Source of the DNA: Clostridiales bacterium UBA1774
Lineage (GTDB): Bacteria; Bacillota; Clostridia; Oscillospirales; Oscillospiraceae
Length of the DNA: 24,297 nt
NCBI GenBank assembly: GCA_002314635.1
Contig: DCGQ01000041.1
Coordinates: forward strand, 149-24,445
Reading direction: 5' to 3'
Shown piece after piece: positions 15,515-24,297 of this stretch. The notes beneath the pieces were generated by a model. It made no database searches, was not told where the DNA came from, and saw nothing but the letters and a program-made list of their open reading frames with translations. The position numbers and the translations under genes were made by a program. How positions within the stretch are numbered: position 1 is the stretch's first letter; each line of letters begins with the position of its first letter.

Positions 15515-17317
15515 CTCACCCTCCGGGATAACGGAGGTGATCAGGGTCAGGTTCGAGCAGGCATTCCAGCTGCTCCAGGGCCATCCGTCAGACGCGACGG
15601 GGCCGGGCGCGATGTATACCGGCTTGCCGGTGCCGGGATACACATCGGTTCTGGGCGGGAAGCCCAGGATGCAGCCCCGGTCCTGACTGCATTCGCAGAA
15701 GCGGCGGGCAATGTAGGCCGCTTCCTTCTTCTTTCCGGCCAGATTCAAACCGGCGCACATGAAGAGCTGTACCGGAGCAACAACGCGGCCATGGACAAAG
15801 GTGCTGGTGCCATAATCCGCATTGGTGCTGTGCAGGCTCTCGGAAGCAAGGCCGATCTCGGTAAGGAAGTTGCCCTCCTCAATAAGCTGTTCGGTGATGC
15901 GGTCAATGATATTCTGCGGCAGCTTTTTGCCCAGAATGATCGGCTGGTAGCTGGCAATTGACATGCTCTTCACCGGCTTGCCATTGTGCAGGGTGACGAA
16001 CTTGTCTCCGTCCCAATGCTCATCGATCAACGTTTTCAGCAGACGCTTGCTGCGGGCATCGTACTGCTCTGCCTCTGCCAGCTTGCCGCAGCCTCTGGCC
16101 AGACGGCCGGTTGCCTCCAGCAGATCCACCATAAAGGCCATCAGATCCGGGTTAACCGTGGGGAATCCATCGGCAAAAATGGTGGCATCGTCCCAGCCGG
16201 AATCATTGGGAGAATCGATCTGGGTCACATCGTCACCGCGGCCGGCAGAACGGTACTTCACCCAAAATTCCGCCCACTTGGCAAACTTGGGATACATTCT
16301 CTCGCACTCCTCCGGCGTGAGGAAGCTGTCGCCGCAGTGCTGGATCAGATAGTCCAGTGCAAAACCCTGAATCGGCGGCTGGATACCGGCATTGGCAGAG
16401 AGGAAACCCACATTGCCGGGAAGCTGACCGGTTTCTTCATTCTGGTATTCAAACATGGTGCAGATCTGACGCCAGCCTTCTTTCGGGTCGCCCATCATGG
16501 ACATGCCGTTGAAGCTCTGCTGCCAGGAGAAGCCTTCGCCCAGATATTCATAGTGCATCAGGATCATGGGGCTCTGGTAAATGCCGCCCGCACCCGGTTT
16601 GGTACGGCGTGCCCACACGGTATGAGTGGCATATTTGAACAGTCTCTCAAATCCGGCGGCAGGCTTCCGATAGTTCTTCTGGAAGCTCTGATATCGGTCA
16701 AAGCCATCCTTCCGCAGCTCGGCAGGATCGGGATAGCTTTCCGGCAGCGCGCCGATTTCGATCATATCCTCATGCAGCGCGAAATCCAGTTCTCCGTCCG
16801 CATCGGGCAGCAGCGTCACCTTGACTGCGGTGTACTCGCCCTTTTCGTTCTGACTGGTTTCCACCTTCACGCTGCCCTTCAGCGGCTTCAGGCGCAGCTT
16901 GCCATAGGTAGAGAAGCTCAGTTCGGTGGTTCCGTCCGGCAAGGTGCAGATGCCGTGGCAGGCGCCGTTGACTGCCGGTGCGCCGGGTTTGTAACGGGAG
17001 GCCTCCAGCATCAGGCTCAGGCCGCCGGTTCCCAGAATGCGGGCATATTCATAATAGGTGAAGATCAGTTCCAGCTGTCCCTTCATGCAGGTAAGCTTGA
17101 TGCTGCCCGGATCGCCGTGGTAGGCGTAGGGCATCTCCCGCTCACCCAGATAGGCGCGCAGGCTGAACAGGAAGGGGTTTGCGTCCATCCATGCGCCGGG
17201 CTTATAGGACGAGAGCTGCAGCAGATGCGTGTAGTAGTTTTCAATCAGGAAGAAGGCGCTTCCTTCCCGGGCATAGACCGCATGGGTCAGATCAAATCTT
17301 TCTCCGATTCCAAACAT
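15509..17317 (-). CDS. Putative (alpha/alpha)6-barrel glycoside hydrolase-like protein (GH63/GDE-like), family uncertain
   Basis: 602 aa. Composition and motifs (WDDATIFADGFPTVNPDLMAFMVDLLE, YEYLGEGFSWQQSFNGMSMMG) are reminiscent of six-hairpin glycosidases. The call rests on recall, not a search. AAAGGAG lies 9 nt before the ATG. Confidence 0.4.
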   Translation of the reverse strand: MFGIGERFDLTHAVYAREGSAFFLIENYYTHLLQLSSYKPGAWMDANPFLFSLRAYLGEREMPYAYHGDPGSIKLTCMKGQLELIFTYYEYARILGTGGLSLMLEASRYKPGAPAVNGACHGICTLPDGTTELSFSTYGKLRLKPLKGSVKVETSQNEKGEYTAVKVTLLPDADGELDFALHEDMIEIGALPESYPDPAELRKDGFDRYQSFQKNYRKPAAGFERLFKYATHTVWARRTKPGAGGIYQSPMILMHYEYLGEGFSWQQSFNGMSMMGDPKEGWRQICTMFEYQNEETGQLPGNVGFLSANAGIQPPIQGFALDYLIQHCGDSFLTPEECERMYPKFAKWAEFWVKYRSAGRGDDVTQIDSPNDSGWDDATIFADGFPTVNPDLMAFMVDLLEATGRLARGCGKLAEAEQYDARSKRLLKTLIDEHWDGDKFVTLHNGKPVKSMSIASYQPIILGKKLPQNIIDRITEQLIEEGNFLTEIGLASESLHSTNADYGTSTFVHGRVVAPVQLFMCAGLNLAGKKKEAAYIARRFCECSQDRGCILGFPPRTDVYPGTGKPVYIAPGPVASDGWPWSSWNACSNLTLITSVIPEGEE

Positions 17318-17322
17318 GGCTC

Positions 17323-18831
17323 TCAGCTCCTTTCTTCCAGCGCCAGCAGAAGGGCGCAGATTTCCGGATCGTAATTGGCGGCTGCAGGTGCGGACGCCGC
17401 TTCGATGCTCTGATCCAGCAGGGCGGCAGCACGTTTTTCACAGCCCAGCGCGGCAATATAGGCAGGAATGCCGGTAACTTCACCCTTGGGATTGATGCCA
17501 TCAGGCAGCTCGCTGCCCAGTGCAATGGTCATCAGCGCGTTTTCCGCAGGACAGGGTTTCTCTTCGCCGGTAACAGCATTGCGGATCAGGAAGGTGCCGC
17601 CCTTCCAGAGGCTCTTCAGGGTTTCCATCTGCTGAGCTGCTTTCTCTGTCCATGCTGCGGCTTCTTCCTTCTGTTCCAGCTTTGCGGCAATGGCGGCCAG
17701 TGCTTTGCAGTTCAGGTACATCCACGCGCACAGATCCGGGAAGACCTGCGGTGCGGCATCGGACGGGAGAGGCTGCTTCGCCCAACCACTTTCGCAGGCA
17801 TAGGCATAGAAGCACACACCGTTCACGCTGCGGTTCTGGAACCACCATTCGGTGGCCTTCTTCGCCAGCACATAGCACTGCTCCAGCTTTTCCAGCGGCA
17901 CCCGATCCAGTCCGTCAGCCTTTATGGCACGGGTCAGCGCCATACCCCACAGAGGAGGCGCGGCTTCAGGCAGAATGGCAGAATCCTTCGCCCATGCAGG
18001 AACCATGCCGCCGGGTGTCATCATCCCCAGCACACTGAGCAGACGATCCACCACACGCTCCGTCTTTTTGAAAGGCAGTGCGGCAAGGAGCTGACTGCGG
18101 CTCAGTGCCTTCACATCACACATTTTATTGGAGATGAGAAGCTCCTGTCCCCGCAGCTTCTGATATCCCAGCCAAAGTACATAGGCATACAGCTCGCTGC
18201 TGCCGAAGGTGCGTTCCTGATAAGCGGCAAAAGCGGTCTTTGCCTTCTCTGCAGCGGCCGCCACATTAGGAGCGATCTCCTGACGGGCATAGCTGCTGTC
18301 CGTATCCCAGAACACGGCCTCCAGAACACCGTCTTCCGGTGTCAGGGTGATCACAGGGTCAGTGGAATGCAGTGCAGTCAGATCCCACATGACCTGTAGA
18401 TCTGCCTTACCCTTACGCATTTCGATAATGTAGCGGGTAGCGCCCATATTCAGCACATAGCCGTTTTCAAACGTGGCGGCAGTTTCGCCATGCCCCAGAC
18501 GCACACGCATGGTCAGTCCCAGACCATCCGACTCCAGCAGCAGTGCGTTCCCGTCAATGGCCATGCGGAGCTGTTTTCCGCCGCAATGCAGGGTTGCCTG
18601 AGACGCATCGGCCTCCGCCGTGACCGGCAGCTGTTCCCCGTTCAGCGTGGGTGTCAGCTTCACCATACCGGCGCTGCGGCTCACCACACCGCCGAACATA
18701 CTGCTGCTCTCCGTAGCCAAAGCCAGAAACAGTCCCTTGTCATAACCCTTTCCCTGCGGGTCCCATTCTTCAAAGAGCAGGTGACGGCTCATGTTTTGGC
18801 CAAAAGGCAATTTTTTCAAATCGAGCTGCAT
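17323..18831 (-). CDS. Putative six-hairpin glycoside hydrolase-like protein, paralogous in function to the downstream gene
   Basis: 502 aa. AAAGGAG lies 7 nt before the ATG. Only 5 bp separate it from the next gene, so this is an operon. Motifs such as FYAYACESGWAKQP suggest the same fold class. Confidence 0.35.
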   Translation of the reverse strand: MQLDLKKLPFGQNMSRHLLFEEWDPQGKGYDKGLFLALATESSSMFGGVVSRSAGMVKLTPTLNGEQLPVTAEADASQATLHCGGKQLRMAIDGNALLLESDGLGLTMRVRLGHGETAATFENGYVLNMGATRYIIEMRKGKADLQVMWDLTALHSTDPVITLTPEDGVLEAVFWDTDSSYARQEIAPNVAAAAEKAKTAFAAYQERTFGSSELYAYVLWLGYQKLRGQELLISNKMCDVKALSRSQLLAALPFKKTERVVDRLLSVLGMMTPGGMVPAWAKDSAILPEAAPPLWGMALTRAIKADGLDRVPLEKLEQCYVLAKKATEWWFQNRSVNGVCFYAYACESGWAKQPLPSDAAPQVFPDLCAWMYLNCKALAAIAAKLEQKEEAAAWTEKAAQQMETLKSLWKGGTFLIRNAVTGEEKPCPAENALMTIALGSELPDGINPKGEVTGIPAYIAALGCEKRAAALLDQSIEAASAPAAANYDPEICALLLALEERS

Positions 18832-18862
18832 AGTGTTGCTCCTTTCTAATCTGTTTGGTGCA

Positions 18863-18871
18863 ATAATACCA
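18863..18871 (-). promoter_or_regulatory. Extended -10 (TGgTATTAT on - strand) for the glycosidase-like operon
   Basis: Minus strand reads TGGAAAaatgcgccgcgatatggTATTAT. The -35 is weak. Confidence 0.35.
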
Positions 18872-18940
18872 TATCGCGGCGCATTTTTCCACGGATTTCT
18901 TGTGATTTTCTCTTATTCCAAAAAAATATTTTTTCCGGTA

Positions 18941-18968
18941 TTGATATTAATCGGTGATGTGCTAATAT
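18941..18968 (+). promoter_or_regulatory. Sigma-70 promoter for the amino-acid ABC transporter operon (TTGATA, 16-nt spacer, TAATAT) with an upstream A/T tract
   Basis: TTGATA at 18941-18946 and TAATAT at 18963-18968. The AAAAAAATATTTTTT tract upstream resembles an UP element. Confidence 0.5.
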
Positions 18969-19014
18969 AGAAAATGCACTATTTGTGCAAATTTATCTGG
19001 AGGAAAATCTGAAC

Positions 19015-19908
19015 ATGAAAAAAACACTCGCTTTGATTTTTGCGCTGCTGATGCTGGTATTTTGCCTGACAGGCTGCAGCAAAAATACAGAAAATGATGT
19101 GAAGCCGTCCGCCGGAAACAACGGCAGCGGCCAGAGCTCCACGCCGGACGACCTGATCAGCGATGATCAGAATGGCAATGCCAGTCCTTCCGACCTGACC
19201 CGCCGCACCTTCACCGTAGGCTTCGATGCAGAGTTTCCGCCCTTCGGTTTTATCGCCGATGACGGCAGCTATGACGGCTTTGACCTTGCCATTGCCCAGG
19301 AGGTCTGTGCCCGTTTGGGTTGGGACTTCGTTGCAATGCCCATTGACTGGAATTCCAAGGATGCGGAGCTGAGCGCTGGTATCATCGACTGCATCTGGAA
19401 CGGTTTTACCTATGAAGGCCGCGAGGACAGCTATACCTGGAGTCCCAAATACTATGACAGCAGTATCGTGGTGGTTGTCAAGGCTGACAGCGGCATCCAG
19501 ACGCTGGCCGATCTGGCCGGCAAGAGCGTCATCACTCAGGCCGGTTCCTCCGGGCTCTCCGCTTTGGACGGTATGCCCGAGCTGACTGCCACTTTCGCCG
19601 AGCTGCTGGAATCTGCTGACTACAACAACGCTTTTCTGGAGCTGGGCATGGGCACCGTGGATGCGGTTGTGGCGGATATCGGTGTTGCCAACTACAACAT
19701 GGACGGCAAATCCGATGACTACATGATTCTGGACGAGAAGATCAGCACCGAAACCTATGCCATCGGCTTCCTCAAGGGCAATGATGCGCTGATGGAGCAG
19801 GTCTGGGGCGCTGTGGAGGAAATCGCCGCTGACGGCTCCATGGCTCTGCTGGCTGACGAATATGTGGCTTACGGTCTTGTGAAGGAAAATATCACGCTGA
19901 TCGGCTGA
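19015..19908 (+). CDS. Polar amino-acid ABC transporter substrate-binding lipoprotein (PBP type 3)
   Basis: Signal peptide with a lipobox (LLMLVFCLTGCS). The mature domain has the typical TFTVGFDAEFPPFGF...GFDLAIAQEVCARLGW...DCIWNGFTY motifs. The track ORF starts at GTG 18985, and ATG 19015 is preferred. Confidence 0.8.
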   Translation: MKKTLALIFALLMLVFCLTGCSKNTENDVKPSAGNNGSGQSSTPDDLISDDQNGNASPSDLTRRTFTVGFDAEFPPFGFIADDGSYDGFDLAIAQEVCARLGWDFVAMPIDWNSKDAELSAGIIDCIWNGFTYEGREDSYTWSPKYYDSSIVVVVKADSGIQTLADLAGKSVITQAGSSGLSALDGMPELTATFAELLESADYNNAFLELGMGTVDAVVADIGVANYNMDGKSDDYMILDEKISTETYAIGFLKGNDALMEQVWGAVEEIAADGSMALLADEYVAYGLVKENITLIG

Positions 19909-19920
19909 TTCTGTTTTCTG

Positions 19921-19949
19921 TGGGACTGCCGCATGACCTGCGGCAGTCC
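19921..19949 (+). other. Perfect 12-bp stem-loop (GGGACTGCCGCA-tgacc-TGCGGCAGTCCC) between the SBP and permease genes
   Basis: No U-tract follows. It is probably a partial terminator or mRNA-stabilising hairpin that decouples SBP from permease/ATPase expression. Confidence 0.45.
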
Positions 19950-20038
19950 CATTGTGCGGCCATGAAGGATTGGGAATGGAAAGGACCCTGCCTTCTTTTT
20001 CATTCCCAATTCCTCATTTTGTGTGTTTTGGAGGGTTT

Positions 20039-20689
20039 ATGACACTATCGACCATGATTTCCATGCTGTTGGGCGGCATGGGAAAATCCATCCTGATTTA
20101 TTTCCTGACACTGGTGGGTGCGCTTCCGCTGGGTCTTTTCGTTGCGTTCGGCAGAATGTCAAAATGCAAGCCACTGCAGGCGATCATCAAGTTCTACATA
20201 TCCGTCATGCGCGGCACGCCGCTGATGCTGCAGCTCATGGTGGTTTTCTTTGGGCCGCATTATCTGTTTCATATTTCGGTTGGTTCCGGCTGGCGTTTCG
20301 CCGCCGTGGTCATCGGCTTCATCATCAACTATGCCGCCTACTTCGCCGAAATCTATCGCGGTGGTATTCAGGGTATTCCTAAGGGACAGCGGGAAGCGGC
20401 ACAGGTGCTGGGTTATTCCAGAAGCCGCACATTCCTTACGATCATTCTGCCGCAGGTCATCAAATCCATTCTGCCCAGCATCACCAATGAAATGATCACG
20501 CTGGTAAAAGATACCTCCCTAGCTTTTGCCATTTCCTATGCGGAAATGTTCACCCTCGCCAAGAAAATTGCCTCCTCGCAAACCACGCTGATGCCTTTTG
20601 TGATTGCAGGTATTTTCTACTACGTGTTCAACTTCGCAGTGGCTTTTGTGATGGAGCGCTGCGAAAAGAAGCTCAGCTACTACCATTAA
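20039..20689 (+). CDS. Amino-acid ABC transporter permease
   Basis: The start is set at the internal ATG ([10 protein letters not shown]...), which follows GGAGGG. Multi-TM protein with a conserved permease loop ([44 protein letters not shown]). Confidence 0.8.
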   Translation: MTLSTMISMLLGGMGKSILIYFLTLVGALPLGLFVAFGRMSKCKPLQAIIKFYISVMRGTPLMLQLMVVFFGPHYLFHISVGSGWRFAAVVIGFIINYAAYFAEIYRGGIQGIPKGQREAAQVLGYSRSRTFLTIILPQVIKSILPSITNEMITLVKDTSLAFAISYAEMFTLAKKIASSQTTLMPFVIAGIFYYVFNFAVAFVMERCEKKLSYYH

Positions 20690-20702
20690 GGAGGCGGATG
20701 CC

Positions 20703-21461
20703 ATGGAAATACTGAATATGAAAAACATCCGCAAGTCCTTTGGGGAAACGGAAGTGCTGAAAAGCATCTCTCTTTCCGTTTCGGAAGGACAGGTAACGGC
20801 GATCATCGGGCCCTCCGGCTCCGGCAAAAGCACGCTGCTGCGCTGTGCCACACTGCTGGAAACCATTGACGGCGGCAGCATCTGCTACATGGGCAGCTAT
20901 GCGGCAGACGACTCCGAGGGCAGTCTGCGGTATGCCTCAGCGAAAGCGCTGAAGGAAATCCGCAGTTGTTTCGGTCTGGTCTTTCAGAACTTCAACCTTT
21001 TCCCCCACTTTTCCGTGCTGCGGAACGTGACCGATGCGCCCATTCATGTTCTGGGCAAAAGCAAGGCGGAAGCGGAGGAGGAAGCGATGAAGCTGCTTCA
21101 CCGCATGGGGCTGGAGGACAAGGCGAAAGCCTATCCCTGCCAGCTTTCCGGTGGTCAGCAGCAGCGCGTGGCCATCGCACGGGCGCTGGCCATGAATCCC
21201 CGGATTCTCTTTTTCGATGAACCCACCTCCGCCCTTGACCCGGAGCTGACCGCTGAGGTTCTGAAGGTCATCCGCTCTCTGGCCGAAGAAAAAATGACCA
21301 TGGTAATCGTCACACACGAGATGAATTTCGCCAGACAGGTTGCCGATCACATTATCTTCATGGCAAACGGCTGCATTGTAGAAGAAGGCGGGCCGGAGAT
21401 TATTGACAATCCCACGCACGCCCGCACACGAGCCTTCCTGAACAAGCTGGAGGGCGAATAA
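20703..21461 (+). CDS. Amino-acid ABC transporter ATP-binding protein
   Basis: Walker [10 protein letters not shown], signature [15 protein letters not shown], Walker [20 protein letters not shown] lies 8 nt before the ATG. Confidence 0.9.
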   Translation: MEILNMKNIRKSFGETEVLKSISLSVSEGQVTAIIGPSGSGKSTLLRCATLLETIDGGSICYMGSYAADDSEGSLRYASAKALKEIRSCFGLVFQNFNLFPHFSVLRNVTDAPIHVLGKSKAEAEEEAMKLLHRMGLEDKAKAYPCQLSGGQQQRVAIARALAMNPRILFFDEPTSALDPELTAEVLKVIRSLAEEKMTMVIVTHEMNFARQVADHIIFMANGCIVEEGGPEIIDNPTHARTRAFLNKLEGE

Positions 21462-21469
21462 GAAAACAG

Positions 21470-21516
21470 ATTCCTCCCGAATCCGCCGTCCGGCAGAATC
21501 AGGAGGAATTTTTAAT
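21470..21516 (+). terminator. Rho-independent terminator after the ABC operon
   Basis: ATTCCTCC...GGAGGAAT outer stem with a structured loop, followed by TTTTTAAT. Confidence 0.5.
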
Positions 21517-21538
21517 CGTATTCAATCCATGCGCGGCT

Positions 21539-22813
21539 TTATTTCAGCAGGCCAAGCCGTCCGCAGGTCTTGTCCACCTCAAACAGCACCCGTTCCCGGT
21601 CAATGGTGGTCAGCTCCCGGTTTCGCAGCAGGAAGCGGCCGTCAACCAGCACGTCGGTAGTTTCGTCGCCTCTGGCGCTGTAGACCAGGCTGGAGAGCAG
21701 ATCATTGTGAGGACGCAGCCACGGCTTGTCGATATCCAGCACGGTCAGATCCGCCCGGTTGCCTGCCTTGATCTCGCCGCAGCCGGTCAGTCCCAGTGCT
21801 TTTGCGCCGTTGCGCGTGGCCATGGCCATGGCCTCTGCCGCAGATACCAGCGTAGTGTCCCCGGTGCGGCCCTTATGCAGCAGCGTTACAAAGCTCAGCT
21901 CCCGGAACAGATTCAGTGCGTTGTTGCTGGCAGCACCATCGGTGCCCAGAGCCACATTGATGCCCGCCTGCATCATCTCCGGAACCGGCGCAATCCCGTT
22001 GCCCAGCTTCAGATTACTCACCGGATTGGTGGCAACGCTGACGCCCCGCGCCGCAAGAAGCTGCATATCGCTTTCGTTCAGGTACACGCAATGGGCGGCA
22101 ACGGTTCGATCTGTCAGGATGCCGCAGCGATCCATGTATTCCGCCGGAGTGCAGCCGTACTGCTCCCGGATGGTCTGCTGCTCGAACTGGCTCTCGGAAA
22201 TATGGGTATGCAGGCCAAGGCCCTCTTCCTTTGCCAGTGCGGCCACTTCCCGCAGATAGGCCTCGGAACAGCTGTAGGGCGCATGGGGGCCCAGTGCGAA
22301 GGTGACACGGCTGCAGCGGTCTTTCCAGTCCCGGTACTCGCCCATAAACTCGTCAATCCGCCGCTGTCCGCCGTCCGGCCCGGTCAGTCCCCGGGTCAGC
22401 ACGGTGCGGAAGCCGCTCTCCTCCGCAGCTCTGGAAGCAGTCTCGGTGAAAATGAACATGTCAATGGACGCAGTGGTTCCATTCAGAATCATTTCCATAT
22501 TGCCCAGCAGGGTGGCCCAATAGCAGTCCTCTCGGGTCATCTTCGCTTCCAGCGGGTCGATTCGCCCCATCAGCCATTCTGAGAAAGGCAGATCATCCCC
22601 GCAGCCGCGGAACATGGTCATATAGGTATGGGTATGGGCATTGATGAGACCGGGCAGCAACAGGCGGTTTAATCCATCTACCACCGTATCGGCATGAAAC
22701 CCCTCAGGTGCTTCCCCCACGGCGGCGATCTTCTCCCCGTCCACATACACATCCGTTTCCCGAATGGTCATGTCCGGCATCAGTGCCCGGATTTTTCTGA
22801 AATGAATCCCCAT
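21539..22813 (-). CDS. mtaD: 5'-methylthioadenosine/S-adenosylhomocysteine deaminase (amidohydrolase superfamily)
   Basis: LPGLINAHTHTYMTMFRG metal-binding motif and overall MtaD-like length and profile. The start ATG overlaps the metK stop (TAATG). An alternative start is MPDMTIRE... Confidence 0.75.
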   Translation of the reverse strand: MGIHFRKIRALMPDMTIRETDVYVDGEKIAAVGEAPEGFHADTVVDGLNRLLLPGLINAHTHTYMTMFRGCGDDLPFSEWLMGRIDPLEAKMTREDCYWATLLGNMEMILNGTTASIDMFIFTETASRAAEESGFRTVLTRGLTGPDGGQRRIDEFMGEYRDWKDRCSRVTFALGPHAPYSCSEAYLREVAALAKEEGLGLHTHISESQFEQQTIREQYGCTPAEYMDRCGILTDRTVAAHCVYLNESDMQLLAARGVSVATNPVSNLKLGNGIAPVPEMMQAGINVALGTDGAASNNALNLFRELSFVTLLHKGRTGDTTLVSAAEAMAMATRNGAKALGLTGCGEIKAGNRADLTVLDIDKPWLRPHNDLLSSLVYSARGDETTDVLVDGRFLLRNRELTTIDRERVLFEVDKTCGRLGLLK

Positions 22814-23994
22814 TATTTCACGGCCTCAAGCAGCGCTTCCACCTTGTCCGTGTCTTCCCAGCGAACACCCAGATCGGTACGGCCCATGTGGCCGTAAGCC
22901 GCCAGATGGCGATAAATGGGTTTCTGCAGCTCCAGCGTGCGGATGATAGCGGTAGGCCGCAGGTCGAACACCTGCTTTACGGCCTCTTCCAGCCGGTTAT
23001 CCGTCACCTTGCCGGTGCCGAAGGTGTCCACCAGAATGCTGACCGGCTGTGCAACGCCGATGGCGTAAGCCAGCTCGATCTGGCACTTGTCCGCCAGTCC
23101 GGCGGCAACGATGTTCTTCGCGATATAACGAGCTGCATAAGCGGCGCTGCGGTCCACCTTGGTGGGATCCTTGCCGGAGAAGGCTCCGCCGCCGTGGGGA
23201 GCGTATCCGCCGTAGGTGTCCACGATGATCTTCCGGCCGGTGAGGCCGCTGTCACCGTGGGGGCCGCCGATGACAAAGCGGCCGGTGGGATTCACATAAT
23301 ACTTGGTATTCTCATCCAGCAGCTGGGCGGGAACGATGGGCTTCACCACCAGCTCGATCATATCCTTCCGGATGGTCTCCAGAGCCGCATCCGGATCATG
23401 CTGGGTGGAAATCACGATGGTGTCCACACGGCAGGGCTTTCCATCTTCGCCGTATTCCACGGTGACCTGCGTTTTTCCATCGGGACGCAGATAGCTTACC
23501 AGACCCTGCTTGCGAACCTCGCTGAGCCGCTTGGCCAGACGATGCGCCAGAGAAATGGGCAAGGGCATCAGCTCCGGGGTTTCGTTACAGGCATAGCCGA
23601 ACATCATACCCTGATCGCCTGCACCGTTCTGCAGCTCATCAATGCCCTCCTCCTTGGCTTCCAGAGACTTGTCAACGCCCATGGCAATATCGCCGGACTG
23701 CTCGTCAATGGCAGTCAGTACGGCACAGGTGTCCGCATCAAAGCCGGTAGCGGCGTCGGTATAGCCGATTTCCCGCACCACCTGACGGGCAATTTTCGGA
23801 ATATCCACCACACTTTTGGTGGTGATCTCGCCCATGATGTAGATCACGCCGGTGGTAGCGGTGCATTCGCAGGCGACGCGGCCGGTGGGATCCTGTGCCA
23901 GAATGGCGTCCAGAACGGCGTCGGAAATCTGGTCACAGACCTTATCGGGATGTCCCTCAGTAACGGATTCAGAAGTAAAAAGACGCTTGCTCAT
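22813..23994 (-). CDS. metK: S-adenosylmethionine synthetase
   Basis: [18 protein letters not shown]..., [23 protein letters not shown] and the rest of the sequence are unmistakably MetK. The start is trimmed to the canonical M (23994), preceded by AAAGGAG. Confidence 0.95.
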   Translation of the reverse strand: MSKRLFTSESVTEGHPDKVCDQISDAVLDAILAQDPTGRVACECTATTGVIYIMGEITTKSVVDIPKIARQVVREIGYTDAATGFDADTCAVLTAIDEQSGDIAMGVDKSLEAKEEGIDELQNGAGDQGMMFGYACNETPELMPLPISLAHRLAKRLSEVRKQGLVSYLRPDGKTQVTVEYGEDGKPCRVDTIVISTQHDPDAALETIRKDMIELVVKPIVPAQLLDENTKYYVNPTGRFVIGGPHGDSGLTGRKIIVDTYGGYAPHGGGAFSGKDPTKVDRSAAYAARYIAKNIVAAGLADKCQIELAYAIGVAQPVSILVDTFGTGKVTDNRLEEAVKQVFDLRPTAIIRTLELQKPIYRHLAAYGHMGRTDLGVRWEDTDKVEALLEAVK

Positions 23995-24043
23995 AGTATA
24001 TCGTATCTCCTTTGATTGGAATAATGTCTTATGTGTATATTTG

Positions 24044-24297
24044 TCAATCAACTTTCCAGCTGTTCAGGTACTTATTCTGCGCTTCGCTGAGGCTGTCGAT
24101 ATGGACGCCCATGGCCGCCAGCTTGACCAGCGCAATCTGGTCATCGATTTCTGCCGGAACCCTGTAGAGCTTCTTTTCCAGATGGGGATGCTTCGATATC
24201 CACTCGGCGGTCATGGCCTGCACGGCAAAGGACATGTCCATGATCTCGGCAGGGTGACCGTTGCCGCAGGCAAGGTTCACCAGACGGCCTTCGCCCA
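24044..24297 (-). CDS. ahcY: Adenosylhomocysteinase, C-terminal part (gene continues past the window end)
   Basis: The frame is open to the window edge. ...[26 protein letters not shown]... matches the conserved AhcY C-terminal region. Confidence 0.8.
   Translation of the reverse strand, partial: GEGRLVNLACGNGHPAEIMDMSFAVQAMTAEWISKHPHLEKKLYRVPAEIDDQIALVKLAAMGVHIDSLSEAQNKYLNSWKVD

Noticed and set aside
11614-24015. Other long antisense ORFs (11614..12765 +, 12671..13879 +, 13752..14519 -, 14744..15445 -, 15986..17374 +, 17179..18399 +, 21707..22582 +, 22888..24015 +)
   Set aside because: Each overlaps, on the opposite strand, a confidently identified gene (AKR-ferredoxin, nagB, URO-D, cvpA, the glycosidase-like pair, mtaD, metK). 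They have no SDs and their composition is artefactual.
23995-24043. SAM-I (S-box) riboswitch upstream of metK
   Set aside because: Only 49 bp separate metK from the upstream ahcY stop. That is too short for the roughly 100-120-nt S-box aptamer plus expression platform, and no conserved S-box helices are evident.

Overview
The window reads as a high-GC Firmicutes/Clostridia-like chromosomal segment. Gene density is high, AGGAGG-type ribosome-binding sites are clear, and there is no rRNA, tRNA, CRISPR array or mobile element. From the left it contains: the 5' end of an ABC-ATPase gene (- strand, running off the left edge); a two-gene operon of paralogous proteins that keep only the MutS domain-V ATPase and have non-canonical Walker A and Walker B motifs; a divergent Mop-type molybdo-iron-sulfur aldehyde oxidoreductase; and a six-gene co-oriented membrane-microdomain cluster. 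That cluster is DUF1836, an NfeD carrying Asp-rich calcium-binding-type repeats, a FloT-like flotillin, a zinc-ribbon membrane protein, a short NfeD, and a FloA-like flotillin. Further right are an aldo-keto reductase/ferredoxin fusion, nagB, a URO-D-family protein with cvpA, two tandem six-hairpin glycosidase-like genes, an amino-acid ABC importer, and an mtaD-metK-ahcY methyl-cycle operon running off the right edge. The two features I would look at first are the MutS-domain-V paralog pair and the fused FloT/FloA supercluster with its candidate operator. Most long ORFs in the track lie antisense to these genes and are GC-driven artefacts.
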